The notes under the pieces were generated by a model. It was not told the DNA's origin. It made no database searches and worked only from the letters and a program-made list of their open reading frames with translations. From Promethearchaeia archaeon (GTDB taxonomy: Archaea > Asgardarchaeota > Lokiarchaeia > Sigyniarchaeales > SOKP01), in assembly GCA_029856045.1 (NCBI GenBank), contig JAHQWG010000029.1, positions 1 through 30,908 of the forward strand: a DNA stretch of 30,908 nt. The letters run 5' to 3'. Positions 8,907 through 18,383 of this stretch are shown in pieces. How positions within the stretch are numbered: position 1 is the stretch's first letter; each line of letters opens with the position of its first letter. A program made the position numbers and the translations under genes.

Positions 8907-9191
8907 TTAAGCAGTTTTAATATATTCTGCCTCCTCTAAAACTAACTGTTCCCCGATTGCCCCAGAACTAATGCCCCCATTCTTATTTAATACGGGATCG
9001 GGAATAAATTTCTCTTGCTTGAGCAACCCGCTCACCAATACATGCTTGTCTAGCAGCTCTGATGACCAGGAATCAAGACCCTTAATGAATATTACATGTT
9101 CATCTGTGGTGATTATCACGGCCCCACCTTTAGCATCCTTAGCAGTGCCGATTAAAGTTATTTTTTGACCTATTAACTTTTCAAGTTCCAT
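8907..9191 (-). CDS. Small hypothetical protein, possibly OB-fold
   Basis: 94-aa ORF with an ATG start, AAGGT SD-like sequence upstream and a beta-rich pattern (GQKITLIG...HVLVSGLL). Confidence 0.6.
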   Translation of the reverse strand: MELEKLIGQKITLIGTAKDAKGGAVIITTDEHVIFIKGLDSWSSELLDKHVLVSGLLKQEKFIPDPVLNKNGGISSGAIGEQLVLEEAEYIKTA

Positions 9192-9560
9192 TTTTGATTA
9201 CCTTATTACTCTACTTATTGAATAATGCTCGATAATTTTGTAGCAATACTTAGAAATAATTTTTATAGAGATTTATTTTTAAATAAGAAGAAAAATCTAA
9301 TAAAAAATATCATTTCTTAAGTATTAATTTATTGGAGATAAAATAATGTCTCTAAAATTTGTATTATTTTAAAATATCAATTAATTTTAGAATTTTATAG
9401 AAAAATTGCTAATTTTTTATATCTCTTATTGTAAGAAATTTATCAATCGTAAGGTTGGGGAAAAATATTATTGAAAATAAAATGAAAAATATGGTTGATT
9501 ATTAATTATAAAGATTTAATACAAATTTTACTAATATTTTTATAAAAAGGTGTTTAAATA

Positions 9561-10403
9561 ATGAATTTTGAGACTATAAAATTTGAATTACAAGAGGATG
9601 GAATTGGGATTTTAACACTAAATAGACCAGATAATCTAAATGCCATAAATTTTCAAATGGTGGAGGATTTACATGAGTTATTTGACCATCTTATGATAAA
9701 TCTTGATTGCCGTGTTGTTATATTAAAAGCAGCAGGTAGGGTATTTTGTGCAGGTTCGGATTTAAAAGATGGAAACATTTTAAGGTCTAAAAGAAAACCA
9801 GAACAATATAAGAGATTTTATTATTTAGACGTCCCTGAAGTAATAAAAGGAAAGATGTATTACCAATGGCGCATAACTCAAATAGTTGTTAAAATGCGAA
9901 AAATAACACAACCAATCATAGCAATAATTCATGGACCTGCTTCAGGGGGTGGGTTTGCATTAACTATGGCGTGTGATATCCGAATTGCAAGTGAAGGCGC
10001 AAGATTTAATAATGCTGCAATCAAGTTAGGCCTTTCAGGTGGAGATGTTGCAACAAGTTATTTCCTTCCACGACTTATTGGAATGTCAAGAGCTGCAGAA
10101 ATATTGTATACAGGAAGAACAATAGATGCCAAAGAAGCTGAAAAAATTGGTTATCTCAGGTTAGTCGAAAAGGATAAATTATTAGATACTGCACTTGAAT
10201 TAGCAAGAGACCTATTAAGAAAAAGTCCTTTAGGATTACGAATGACAAAACAAGTACTCAATTTATCCCTAGATTCGCCTAGTTTGGAAACAATGCTTCA
10301 ATTAGAGAATAGCAGTCAAATTGTATGTTTCTCTTCAAAAGATATTAATGAAGGTGCGTCAGCTTTTTTCGAAAAACGAGAAGCAAAATATCCATTACGT
10401 TAA
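9561..10403 (+). CDS. Enoyl-CoA hydratase/isomerase (crotonase) family protein
   Basis: LTLNRPDNLNAIN, FCAGSDL, PIIAIIHGPASGGGFALTMACDIRIA, LPRLIGMSRA, EGASAFFEKR. Confidence 0.92.
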   Translation: MNFETIKFELQEDGIGILTLNRPDNLNAINFQMVEDLHELFDHLMINLDCRVVILKAAGRVFCAGSDLKDGNILRSKRKPEQYKRFYYLDVPEVIKGKMYYQWRITQIVVKMRKITQPIIAIIHGPASGGGFALTMACDIRIASEGARFNNAAIKLGLSGGDVATSYFLPRLIGMSRAAEILYTGRTIDAKEAEKIGYLRLVEKDKLLDTALELARDLLRKSPLGLRMTKQVLNLSLDSPSLETMLQLENSSQIVCFSSKDINEGASAFFEKREAKYPLR

Positions 10404-10429
10404 AATGAATTAAACCATCTAATTTTACA

Positions 10430-10441
10430 TTTTTTTTTTTT
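10430..10441 (+). terminator. Oligo-T archaeal-type terminator candidate
   Basis: A run of 12 T about 26 nt downstream of the crotonase stop, in a convergent intergenic region. Confidence 0.45.
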
Positions 10442-10529
10442 AATAGGAAGTATATCTAAAAAATTTAAAATTGATTTTACATATATTCTAAAGGCAGTAA
10501 TTAAGAAAAAATAATATTAAAAAAATGGT

Positions 10530-11729
10530 TTAAACATAATCAACTTCAAAAGGTGTTTTAGGTAGGACATCTGCACCTTTGCTTGTAACAAGGGTAGGTG
10601 ATTCTAACCGCAATCCTCCAATCTTTGGATTATTAAATACGACAGCGGCAACCTCAACCATACCTTCCTCAAAAACCATAGGTCCCCATTCTTTTCCGGG
10701 TACAACAACAGGCCAACTTTCTGAGCCGATGCATCCGAGACCGTGGCCCAAGCCAAAAAAGAGGTCATTTCCAAATCCCTCCTTCTCAGCAACATTTCGA
10801 ACTGCTTGATAGCATTCATCAAATGTATTGCCTGGATACATATTGTCTATGAGCGTGTAGCAAAGTTGCTCATATACGTCATTAAATGCTTTTAATTCCG
10901 GAGGGCATTTCCCAAGGACATAATTATGGCTTAAATCTCCAAGATAACAACCGTATTCACTGTGTAAGTCAACTAACAGAGATTCACTTTCTTTCACCTC
11001 CTTATTCGTTGCCGGGGTGCATCCGCCCATTATGTAAGCAGCACGATACCCTGAACCGATTTCCTCACCCCCAGTAAATGTCCATTCCCAATTGCTGCCC
11101 GCTTTTCTCATTGCAAGAGTTCCAATTCCAGCAATCTCATTTTCTGTAAAAACTTTCCCCGTAGGACGTTCAGTTAATGCTTTCTTCACAGCCTCTTGTC
11201 CCACATCTGTGATCTCACTTGCTTTCCGCAACATTGCGATCTCTTCGGGTTCCTTAATGAACTGGATTCGCTCAGTTTTATCATTAAAATCCACAAATTC
11301 ACATCCTGGAAATGCTTTCTTTAGAAGTTCAGCTTCTCCATATTGAAGCATTCCACCACTAATACAAATATCTTGACCAAGCTCAACACCGATTCTGGGG
11401 GGACTACCTTTTGGATTATATACTTTTGCCTTTTTAGCGGCAGATTGGATTTTTTTCTCAAGATAAAAACCCTTCATTGGACCCCATCCTTCAGTTTGTA
11501 GTTGTCCCTCAGCTCTGCATCGCTCCACATCCAAGAGTACTGTATAGAGAATTGGCTCCCCAGCTCCTTCTTTAGGTAGAAATATTGCACTGCGCCATGG
11601 GACGAATGCTCCAGTAAGATATGTTATGGACTTTATACGTGTGAGCACGCAAAAATCGAGATTAAGCTCATTCATAGCATTTTGATACTTCTTTACGTGT
11701 CCGTTCCAATTAATTTTGATTTCACTCAT
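10530..11729 (-). CDS. M24 (Xaa-Pro aminopeptidase/creatinase-fold) protein with an atypical active site
   Basis: Creatinase-N-like domain (SITYLTG), IKEPEEIAMLRKA, TENEIA, VDL...YLGDL, GHGLG, GGLRLES..LVT. Confidence 0.82.
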   Translation of the reverse strand: MSEIKINWNGHVKKYQNAMNELNLDFCVLTRIKSITYLTGAFVPWRSAIFLPKEGAGEPILYTVLLDVERCRAEGQLQTEGWGPMKGFYLEKKIQSAAKKAKVYNPKGSPPRIGVELGQDICISGGMLQYGEAELLKKAFPGCEFVDFNDKTERIQFIKEPEEIAMLRKASEITDVGQEAVKKALTERPTGKVFTENEIAGIGTLAMRKAGSNWEWTFTGGEEIGSGYRAAYIMGGCTPATNKEVKESESLLVDLHSEYGCYLGDLSHNYVLGKCPPELKAFNDVYEQLCYTLIDNMYPGNTFDECYQAVRNVAEKEGFGNDLFFGLGHGLGCIGSESWPVVVPGKEWGPMVFEEGMVEVAAVVFNNPKIGGLRLESPTLVTSKGADVLPKTPFEVDYV

Positions 11730-11847
11730 TTTAAAACAACTCTATAAATATTAGTTTGACCCTAATTAATATAAAGTTTTATGCAATTTTTTGCCCTTCT
11801 AAATTGATACAGTTAAATAATAAAGGATTTTAAAGATTAGTTAAAAA

Positions 11848-12765
11848 ATGAAACTGAAACTTGCCACCAGGGTTTTAAATGAGGAATATTTCATTAACAC
11901 CTTTCTAGAATATTATTTAAATCTAGGAGTAGATGAGATTCATATTTTTGATTCTAGTTCTTATGATAATACCTTAAATATTATTAGCGCTTGGCAAAGT
12001 AAGCATAAAGATATAATTCTCGCTCTTTCTGATAAGCGCTTTAGACACACAAGTTATATTAATGCATCAAATTTCTGTAATTATATATTAGAATACGCAA
12101 TCAATAATCAAATACAATCGGACGAAGATAGTTGGTGGATTTTTCCAGACATTGATGAGTTTATACGGGCTCCTAATGATAAGAATCTAAAAAAGTTCTT
12201 AAAAGAGTGTCATAACGATTTAATTAGAACAGTCTTTATTGATTGGCAACTTCCGCCTGATCTTATAAATCAAAATTTAGAGTTAGATTATATATTAAGA
12301 AATGTTCGATTAGGAAGCTATAAAGGTTATATCCAAAAACTTTATGGGGATCCATTTTATAAAGATTATATCATCAATTTCACTCCTCACAATATAAAAA
12401 CCTATGAAAAATTAAAAACAGTCGCTGGATTTCATAGATTTATTTTAAAAAATCAAATTTTTTTACCTCCAAATGAATTCCTTATTGTAGACCATCTTCG
12501 AACTGTTCCATTTCATATTTCTAAAAAAAGAATCAATAAACGTTTAAAACTACTCCAAGATGAGCAAGATGATTGGCTTTTAGAACATTTTCTCCAATTA
12601 AAAAATCGATTTGAAGATTATGAAAGTTCTTATAAGAATAGTAGATTGTATGCTTTTGAAGAGCTTGAAGAAATCTTGAAAAAAATCCAAGAATATGATA
12701 ATCAAGAGAGTTATTTCAATAATGTGATTATAAAAGAAAATATTTTAAAAACAAAGTTGATATAA
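11848..12765 (+). CDS. Glycosyltransferase, GT-A fold (GT2/GT92-like)
   Basis: TRVLNEEYFI..FLEYY..LGVDEIHIFDSSSYDNT, WWIFPDIDEF (DxD), GFHR, VDHL. Confidence 0.8.
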   Translation: MKLKLATRVLNEEYFINTFLEYYLNLGVDEIHIFDSSSYDNTLNIISAWQSKHKDIILALSDKRFRHTSYINASNFCNYILEYAINNQIQSDEDSWWIFPDIDEFIRAPNDKNLKKFLKECHNDLIRTVFIDWQLPPDLINQNLELDYILRNVRLGSYKGYIQKLYGDPFYKDYIINFTPHNIKTYEKLKTVAGFHRFILKNQIFLPPNEFLIVDHLRTVPFHISKKRINKRLKLLQDEQDDWLLEHFLQLKNRFEDYESSYKNSRLYAFEELEEILKKIQEYDNQESYFNNVIIKENILKTKLI

Positions 12766-12868
12766 ATACTCTTATTTAATTTAAATATAAATTAAAAAAA
12801 AAAAAATAAAAAAATCTAGGCAATACTAGAAATTTTATTTTATTAATTCAGATAAATTTCAAAATTTT

Positions 12869-15091
12869 GTGAGTTTAATGGAGTTTGTTGAATTTAGTGG
12901 TGAAAGAATTGAATTAAAGGATGGAAAATTAGATTTATCTGCCAAAGGTATTAAAAATATTTTAGATATTAAGGGATTGGATACACTAACAAGATTAAAG
13001 ATACTTGATCTTAGATTTAATCAAATTTCGGAGATTTACGGGTTAGAGATATTTACGAATCTAGAACAATTATATTTAAGCGGAAATGAAATTTCTAAAA
13101 TTAAAGGTCTTAAAACTTTATTAAATCTAAAAAGTTTAAATTTATCCTTGAATAAAATTTCAGAAATAAGTGGTTTAGACACTCTTCTAAATTTGCAAGA
13201 ACTAAATCTAAATAGAAATCAAATTTCTGAGATTAAAGGGTTACACACACCTCAAAAATTAAAACACCTAATCCTTAGTGATAATCAGATTTCAAAAATT
13301 CAAGGATTTGAAAAGTTAATAAAATTAAAAACTTTAAATCTTGGTTCTAATCAAATTTCTGAGATTGAAGGACTTGAGAAATTTATTGAATTAGAAGAAT
13401 TGGATCTCAGTTCTAATAAAATTTCAGAGATAAAAGGACTTGAAATGCTAATAAATATAAAAAAATTATATCTATGGGGTAATCAAATTTCTTTGATTAA
13501 AGGACTTGAAAACCTCATTAGTTTGGAGGATCTAGATCTGAGTTCCAATAAGATCATAGAGATTAAAGGTTTATATCAATTCAAGAATTTAAAAAAATTA
13601 ATATTACATGATAATCATCTTTTTAAAATTACGGGACTTAATTGGCTTATTAATTTGGAAGAATTGGATCTTAGTTCTAATCAAATTGCCGAAATAATAG
13701 GGATTAGATCTCTTCTATTTCTAAAAAAATTAATTCTTTACGATAATCAAATTACTGAGATTAAAGAATTTGATGAACTAACTATGTTAATAGAATTAGA
13801 TTTAAGTTCTAATCAAATTCCTGAAATTAAAGGGCTTAAATCGCTCCAGAATTTGCAAATTCTAAATTTAAATAATAATAAAATTCGTGAGATAAAGGAA
13901 TTTGAAACACTTATGAATTTATGGAGGTTAGAATTGAAATATAATCAAATCTCTGAAATTAAATCATTAAATACGCTTATAAATTTAGAAGTACTTGACC
14001 TTGATTTTAATCAAATTAAAAAAATTAAAGACCTTAATTTGCTCTCAAAACTTAGATATTTAAGTCTTGCAGGAAACCAAATCCCTATGATTGAAGGGTT
14101 AGAAACACTAATGAATTTGGATTATTTAAATTTAAGAGAAAATAGTATTTCTGAAATTTCTGGGCTCGAATCCCTTTCAAAGTTAAAAAAATTATATCTT
14201 AGTGATAATCAAATTTCCGAAATAAAAGGACTTGATTCTCTTACTGAATTATGGATATTAGATCTTAAATATAATCAAATTTCAGAGATTAAAGGTTTAG
14301 AAACCCTCAAAAAATTAGAGAATCTCACTCTTAGAAATAATAGAATTATTGATATAAGAGGGTTTGAAAACCTTGAGAATTTAAGAGAATTGATATTATC
14401 TAACAATAATATACCTCCAAACACATTAGAAACTTTAGGGGGTATAGATAATATGGGATATGTTAATAATCCCCAAAAATTTGTGGAATTTTGTCAATCA
14501 AAAATTAGACAAGAAAAGATAAGAGAGTTAGTGGAAGTAAAAAAAGAGATTATTATTTATAAAGATAAGGAAATTGAAGTCTCTGAAAAGAAATTAGATT
14601 TATCAAATAAAGGTATCCATGATATAACGGAGATTAAAGGACTTGAAAAACTCACAAAGTTAATATTTTTGCGTCTAGATGGAAATGAAATTTCGGAGAT
14701 TAAAGGACTTGAGACTTTTACTAATTTAAAGTATTTAAGACTTGATAAAAATAAAATTTCCGAAATAAAAGGGTTAGATAATCTCATCAATTTGAACTGG
14801 CTCTTTTTAGATAATAACCAAATTACAGAGATAAAAGGACTTGAAAAACTAATAAATTTACAAAAATTAGAACTTAGTTATAATAAAATTGTGGAAATTA
14901 AAGGATTAGAGACACTTATAAATCTGGAAAATCTAAATTTAACCAACAATCAAATTACTGAAATCAAAGGGATAGATACACTTAAAAATTTAATCTTGTT
15001 ATATCTTAAGAATAATAATATCGATGAATATCAAATTAATAAGTTTAAAAAGAAAACAATTGAACGAAAAAATTTCTATTTTCGGATATAA
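12869..15091 (+). CDS. Leucine-rich repeat protein (SDS22-like 22-aa repeats) with two capped modules
   Basis: Repeats of consensus xxLxLxxNxISEIKGLExLxxL: 22 in module 1 and 6 in module 2, each preceded by an LDLSxKGIxxIxxIKGL cap. Confidence 0.95.
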   Translation: MSLMEFVEFSGERIELKDGKLDLSAKGIKNILDIKGLDTLTRLKILDLRFNQISEIYGLEIFTNLEQLYLSGNEISKIKGLKTLLNLKSLNLSLNKISEISGLDTLLNLQELNLNRNQISEIKGLHTPQKLKHLILSDNQISKIQGFEKLIKLKTLNLGSNQISEIEGLEKFIELEELDLSSNKISEIKGLEMLINIKKLYLWGNQISLIKGLENLISLEDLDLSSNKIIEIKGLYQFKNLKKLILHDNHLFKITGLNWLINLEELDLSSNQIAEIIGIRSLLFLKKLILYDNQITEIKEFDELTMLIELDLSSNQIPEIKGLKSLQNLQILNLNNNKIREIKEFETLMNLWRLELKYNQISEIKSLNTLINLEVLDLDFNQIKKIKDLNLLSKLRYLSLAGNQIPMIEGLETLMNLDYLNLRENSISEISGLESLSKLKKLYLSDNQISEIKGLDSLTELWILDLKYNQISEIKGLETLKKLENLTLRNNRIIDIRGFENLENLRELILSNNNIPPNTLETLGGIDNMGYVNNPQKFVEFCQSKIRQEKIRELVEVKKEIIIYKDKEIEVSEKKLDLSNKGIHDITEIKGLEKLTKLIFLRLDGNEISEIKGLETFTNLKYLRLDKNKISEIKGLDNLINLNWLFLDNNQITEIKGLEKLINLQKLELSYNKIVEIKGLETLINLENLNLTNNQITEIKGIDTLKNLILLYLKNNNIDEYQINKFKKKTIERKNFYFRI
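12998..14992 (+). repeat. 66-bp periodic coding repeat (LRR units), interrupted at about 14414-14662 by the C-cap, linker and second N-cap
   Basis: Recurrent aatcaaatttc(t/a/g)gagattaaagg(a)cttga-like motifs at 66-bp spacing. Confidence 0.85.
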
Positions 15092-15214
15092 GCTCAAAAT
15101 TATTATATTTCTTAATTAAATGGTTAATTAATTATTTGTAGATATCATCTAAAATAAATCTGATTGCCAATTAAATAATAAAAATTAAAAACTTCCAACT
15201 AGTCTAATATCCAA

Positions 15215-16519
15215 ATGAAACCTTTTAACGTTGATCTGCATATCCATAGCCCTCATTCTATTTCAGTTTCGAAAAATTTGAATTTAGATACAATGGTGGA
15301 AACTTGTAAAAAAAAAGGAATAGATATTATTGCTACTGGAGATATTCTTCAACCAACTTGGTTAAAATATATGGAAAATAACCTTCAAAAAGAGAAAGAT
15401 GGAATTTTTTTATATAAAAATGTTAATTTTATTTTGCAAACAGAGATAGAAGATAAGGAGAATATTCATGAGGTTGTTTTGCTTCCAAATTTTGAAGCTG
15501 CCAGAGAACTTCAAAAAAAATTAAAGCCTTTTTCGAAAAATCTTATGAATGAATGGGGAGGTCGTCCTAGAGTTAATTTAAGTCCCCCTGATCTTGTTGA
15601 TGAAGTTGATGCTGCCGGAGGTTTAATTGGCCCTGCTCATGCCTTTACGCCATTTAAAGCGATTTTCAGGCAAAATAAGTATGCTAATCTAGAAGAATGT
15701 TATCAAGATTCTCTAAAAAAGGTCTCATTTTTAGAATTGGGATTATCTGCAGATACTTATATTGCAGATCGAATGAAAGGTCTTAGAGATATAAGTTTTT
15801 TAAGCAATAGTGATGCTCATTCGGAGGGTCCAACCTCACTTGGAAGAGAATTTAATAGATTTGAAATTGAAAAGCCAAATTTCGAAGAAATTGATCTAGC
15901 CATAAAAAGACAAAGAGGGCGTAAAATTATTCTAAATGTTGGATTAGATCCAAGATTAGGAAAATATTATAATATGTTTTGTAATAAGTGTAGAAGAAGG
16001 ATAATTTTTAAAGAAGACAAAACTAGATCTTTTACTCTTCTCAATAATTACAAAATAGATGCTAATTATATTACATATTTCGCAAGAAATCCAATAATAG
16101 CAAGGAAAAATTATCAAAAAGAAGTCGATAAAGGAAAAGTAATTTGTCCTGCATGTAAAAATGAATTAAAAAAAAATTATAAGATAAAATTGGGTGTATT
16201 TGAACGAATTGAAATGATCTCAGACTATGAGCAGCCAAGACATCCATCTCATCGGCCACCCTATATTGATATAATTCCTTTAGTAGAGATCATAAGAAAA
16301 GTACTAAATATCAAAAGCTCAAAATCTAAAACTGTAGAGAAAATTTATGATGATTTTATAGATAAACTTGGGACTGAGTTTTCAATCTTAATCGATCTAC
16401 CTATTAAAAAGATAAGTGAAGTTAATAAAGAAATTGCGAAAGTAATTAGCTCTTTTAGAACAGGGAATATTGAAATATTAACTGGAGGAGGCGGAGTATT
16501 CGGTGAAATTAAAATTTAA
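15215..16519 (+). CDS. endoQ: Endonuclease Q / TIGR00375-type PHP-domain nuclease with a Zn ribbon
   Basis: DLHIHSPHS..VS, ATGD, QTEIED, GGRP, GPAHAFTPF, ELGLSADT, SNSDAHS, LGREFNRF, GLDPRLGKYY, CxxC...CxxC, GVFERI, RPPY..IIPL.EII, GGGGVFG. Confidence 0.85.
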   Translation: MKPFNVDLHIHSPHSISVSKNLNLDTMVETCKKKGIDIIATGDILQPTWLKYMENNLQKEKDGIFLYKNVNFILQTEIEDKENIHEVVLLPNFEAARELQKKLKPFSKNLMNEWGGRPRVNLSPPDLVDEVDAAGGLIGPAHAFTPFKAIFRQNKYANLEECYQDSLKKVSFLELGLSADTYIADRMKGLRDISFLSNSDAHSEGPTSLGREFNRFEIEKPNFEEIDLAIKRQRGRKIILNVGLDPRLGKYYNMFCNKCRRRIIFKEDKTRSFTLLNNYKIDANYITYFARNPIIARKNYQKEVDKGKVICPACKNELKKNYKIKLGVFERIEMISDYEQPRHPSHRPPYIDIIPLVEIIRKVLNIKSSKSKTVEKIYDDFIDKLGTEFSILIDLPIKKISEVNKEIAKVISSFRTGNIEILTGGGGVFGEIKI

Positions 16520-16548
16520 AATAATAAATCTTTAAAAATAACAATATC

Positions 16549-16791
16549 TCACATTCCAAATTCTAGGGTCAAATCTATTAGCGTTCCACAATCGCATGTA
16601 AGCCACTCGAATATTTTTAATGAGACAGTTAATAATTCTATAGAACTTCTTTTAAAAGTATTATTAAAGGATCTCTGATAACCACAATTTGGACATGATA
16701 AAAGAGCACGAACAGTTATCATATCATCATCAACTTGTTCCTTTATCGGTTCCTTTGAATGCTCGTTTCTGTTTATAAAAGTATTCTCCAT
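16549..16791 (-). CDS. Small Zn-ribbon hypothetical protein (ATG 16791 preferred over 16818)
   Basis: CPNCG and CDCG motifs; GAGG SD-like sequence upstream of ATG 16791. Confidence 0.65.
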   Translation of the reverse strand: MENTFINRNEHSKEPIKEQVDDDMITVRALLSCPNCGYQRSFNNTFKRSSIELLTVSLKIFEWLTCDCGTLIDLTLEFGM

Positions 16792-16929
16792 GTTGAAAAA
16801 ACTCAACCTCATTAACATTTATATAAATTTATATTTTTAAATATATCTAACACGTAAATGACATAACTTTGTCTAAAAAGGTATAAAATATCTTAATTTT
16901 ACGGGACAAATACAAAAATTAAGAATTTT

Positions 16930-18162
16930 TTATTTTGAAATTATTTTTGAGAAGTCAGTCTTTATGAAGATTATAATGCATACTATTAGTAGAAGCGTAA
17001 TATAAGTAAAAGCCCAGAAATATCCATATAGATCATAAACCAATCCGAATAATATCGACTCAGGAAGTGAGATTAAACCTATAGATAAATAATAATATCC
17101 ATAGCCTCTCCCTCGTTTGTCTTTACCGGTTAAATCTCCAACATATGCACGAGCAACAGGATCAACAAACCCACGATAAAGTCCATAGATTCCAAACAAA
17201 ATTGCAACTATTAATATACTAAAAATACTAACTTGTATAGGAAATGCTGAAACTATGCAAACACTGACAAGTAGAATTAATCCAATAACGATTACTTTTT
17301 TTCTTCCTATTTTATCTGAAAGTTTTCCAGCAACTGGGGAAAATATAACGTAAACAATGTTAAATAAGAGATAAAAGATAGGAACTAAAAAGACAAAATC
17401 AACGGGCATAAGTTCTGATCCTCGAATGATGAGAAAAGCCACATCTAAACTAGCGAATTCCATAACTCCTAAAATAATGATGAATTTAAGAAATAATTTG
17501 TCAATTTTTTCAACTTGTCTTTTTTTTAATTGTTCCTTTCCTGAAGGAATAGTTTGGTCTTTTATTTCCTTAATTGTTAAGATTAAAATTATTGCAATAA
17601 ATCCTGGAATAATAGATAAAAATATAATTTGGTTAAAAGAAAGTGCAATAAACAGACAAATTGAGGTTAATAAAGAGCCTATGACAGCACCGGAGGTGTC
17701 CATTGCACGATGAATACCAAAAGATTTTCCTTTATCTTTTTCACCATAGAATGAAATTAATGCATCTCGAGGAGATGTTCTAAGTCCTTTACCTACACGT
17801 TCAATAAATTTTAATCCTAATACTGGTTCCCAAGAATTTGAAAACCCCATAAGTGGTTTTGTAAGGTTTGATAAAGAATAACCTGCAACAATAAACGGCT
17901 TCTTTCTTCTAATTTTATCTGACCACCAACCTGAAAAACCTTTTAAAATATTTGCTGTTGCTTCTGTAATTCCTTGTATTAATCCCAATATGAGTACATT
18001 TCCACCCACAGACAAAATAAAAAGAGGTAAAATCGAAGTAATCATTTCAGATGATATATCGGTAAATAATGAAACTAATCCAAGGATAAAAACAGGAGCA
18101 GCAACACCTAATATAATTTTATCTTGATTATTTTTTCTTTTAGTATTCTCGATTTGAGCCAT
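16930..18162 (-). CDS. MFS transporter
   Basis: About 12 hydrophobic segments; SLFTDISSEM, GWWSDKIRRKK (motif A), RVGKGLRTSPRDALI, FGIHRAMDT.GA, GKLSDKIGRK. Confidence 0.92.
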   Translation of the reverse strand: MAQIENTKRKNNQDKIILGVAAPVFILGLVSLFTDISSEMITSILPLFILSVGGNVLILGLIQGITEATANILKGFSGWWSDKIRRKKPFIVAGYSLSNLTKPLMGFSNSWEPVLGLKFIERVGKGLRTSPRDALISFYGEKDKGKSFGIHRAMDTSGAVIGSLLTSICLFIALSFNQIIFLSIIPGFIAIILILTIKEIKDQTIPSGKEQLKKRQVEKIDKLFLKFIIILGVMEFASLDVAFLIIRGSELMPVDFVFLVPIFYLLFNIVYVIFSPVAGKLSDKIGRKKVIVIGLILLVSVCIVSAFPIQVSIFSILIVAILFGIYGLYRGFVDPVARAYVGDLTGKDKRGRGYGYYYLSIGLISLPESILFGLVYDLYGYFWAFTYITLLLIVCIIIFIKTDFSKIISK

Positions 18163-18383
18163 AATATTATTATATACATTAGTTTTATATAAAACATTTT
18201 TGAAACAAAAATTTTTTATGTTAAGAGATATTTTTTCTCTTACTAAGTTAAAAAATAAATTTTACCTTATACTTAGGACGATAGTGATCGGTTCTAATAG
18301 CATAAATATTAGAAATAAAAGTAATAAGAAAAAATTTAATCAATAAAATTTATTCAGATGAATACTTCTGGTGGTTTTTAAAA

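Noticed and set aside
9192-9560. Long intergenic region as a possible ncRNA or MITE
   Set aside because: It is extremely AT-rich, with no GC-rich stem, terminal inverted repeats or ORF; consistent with divergent promoters.
12998-14992. Periodic DNA repeats considered as a CRISPR array or a diversity-generating retroelement target
   Set aside because: The repeats are degenerate, in frame and 66 bp in period, with no unique spacers. No cas gene, reverse transcriptase or adenine-specific template/variable pair is visible.
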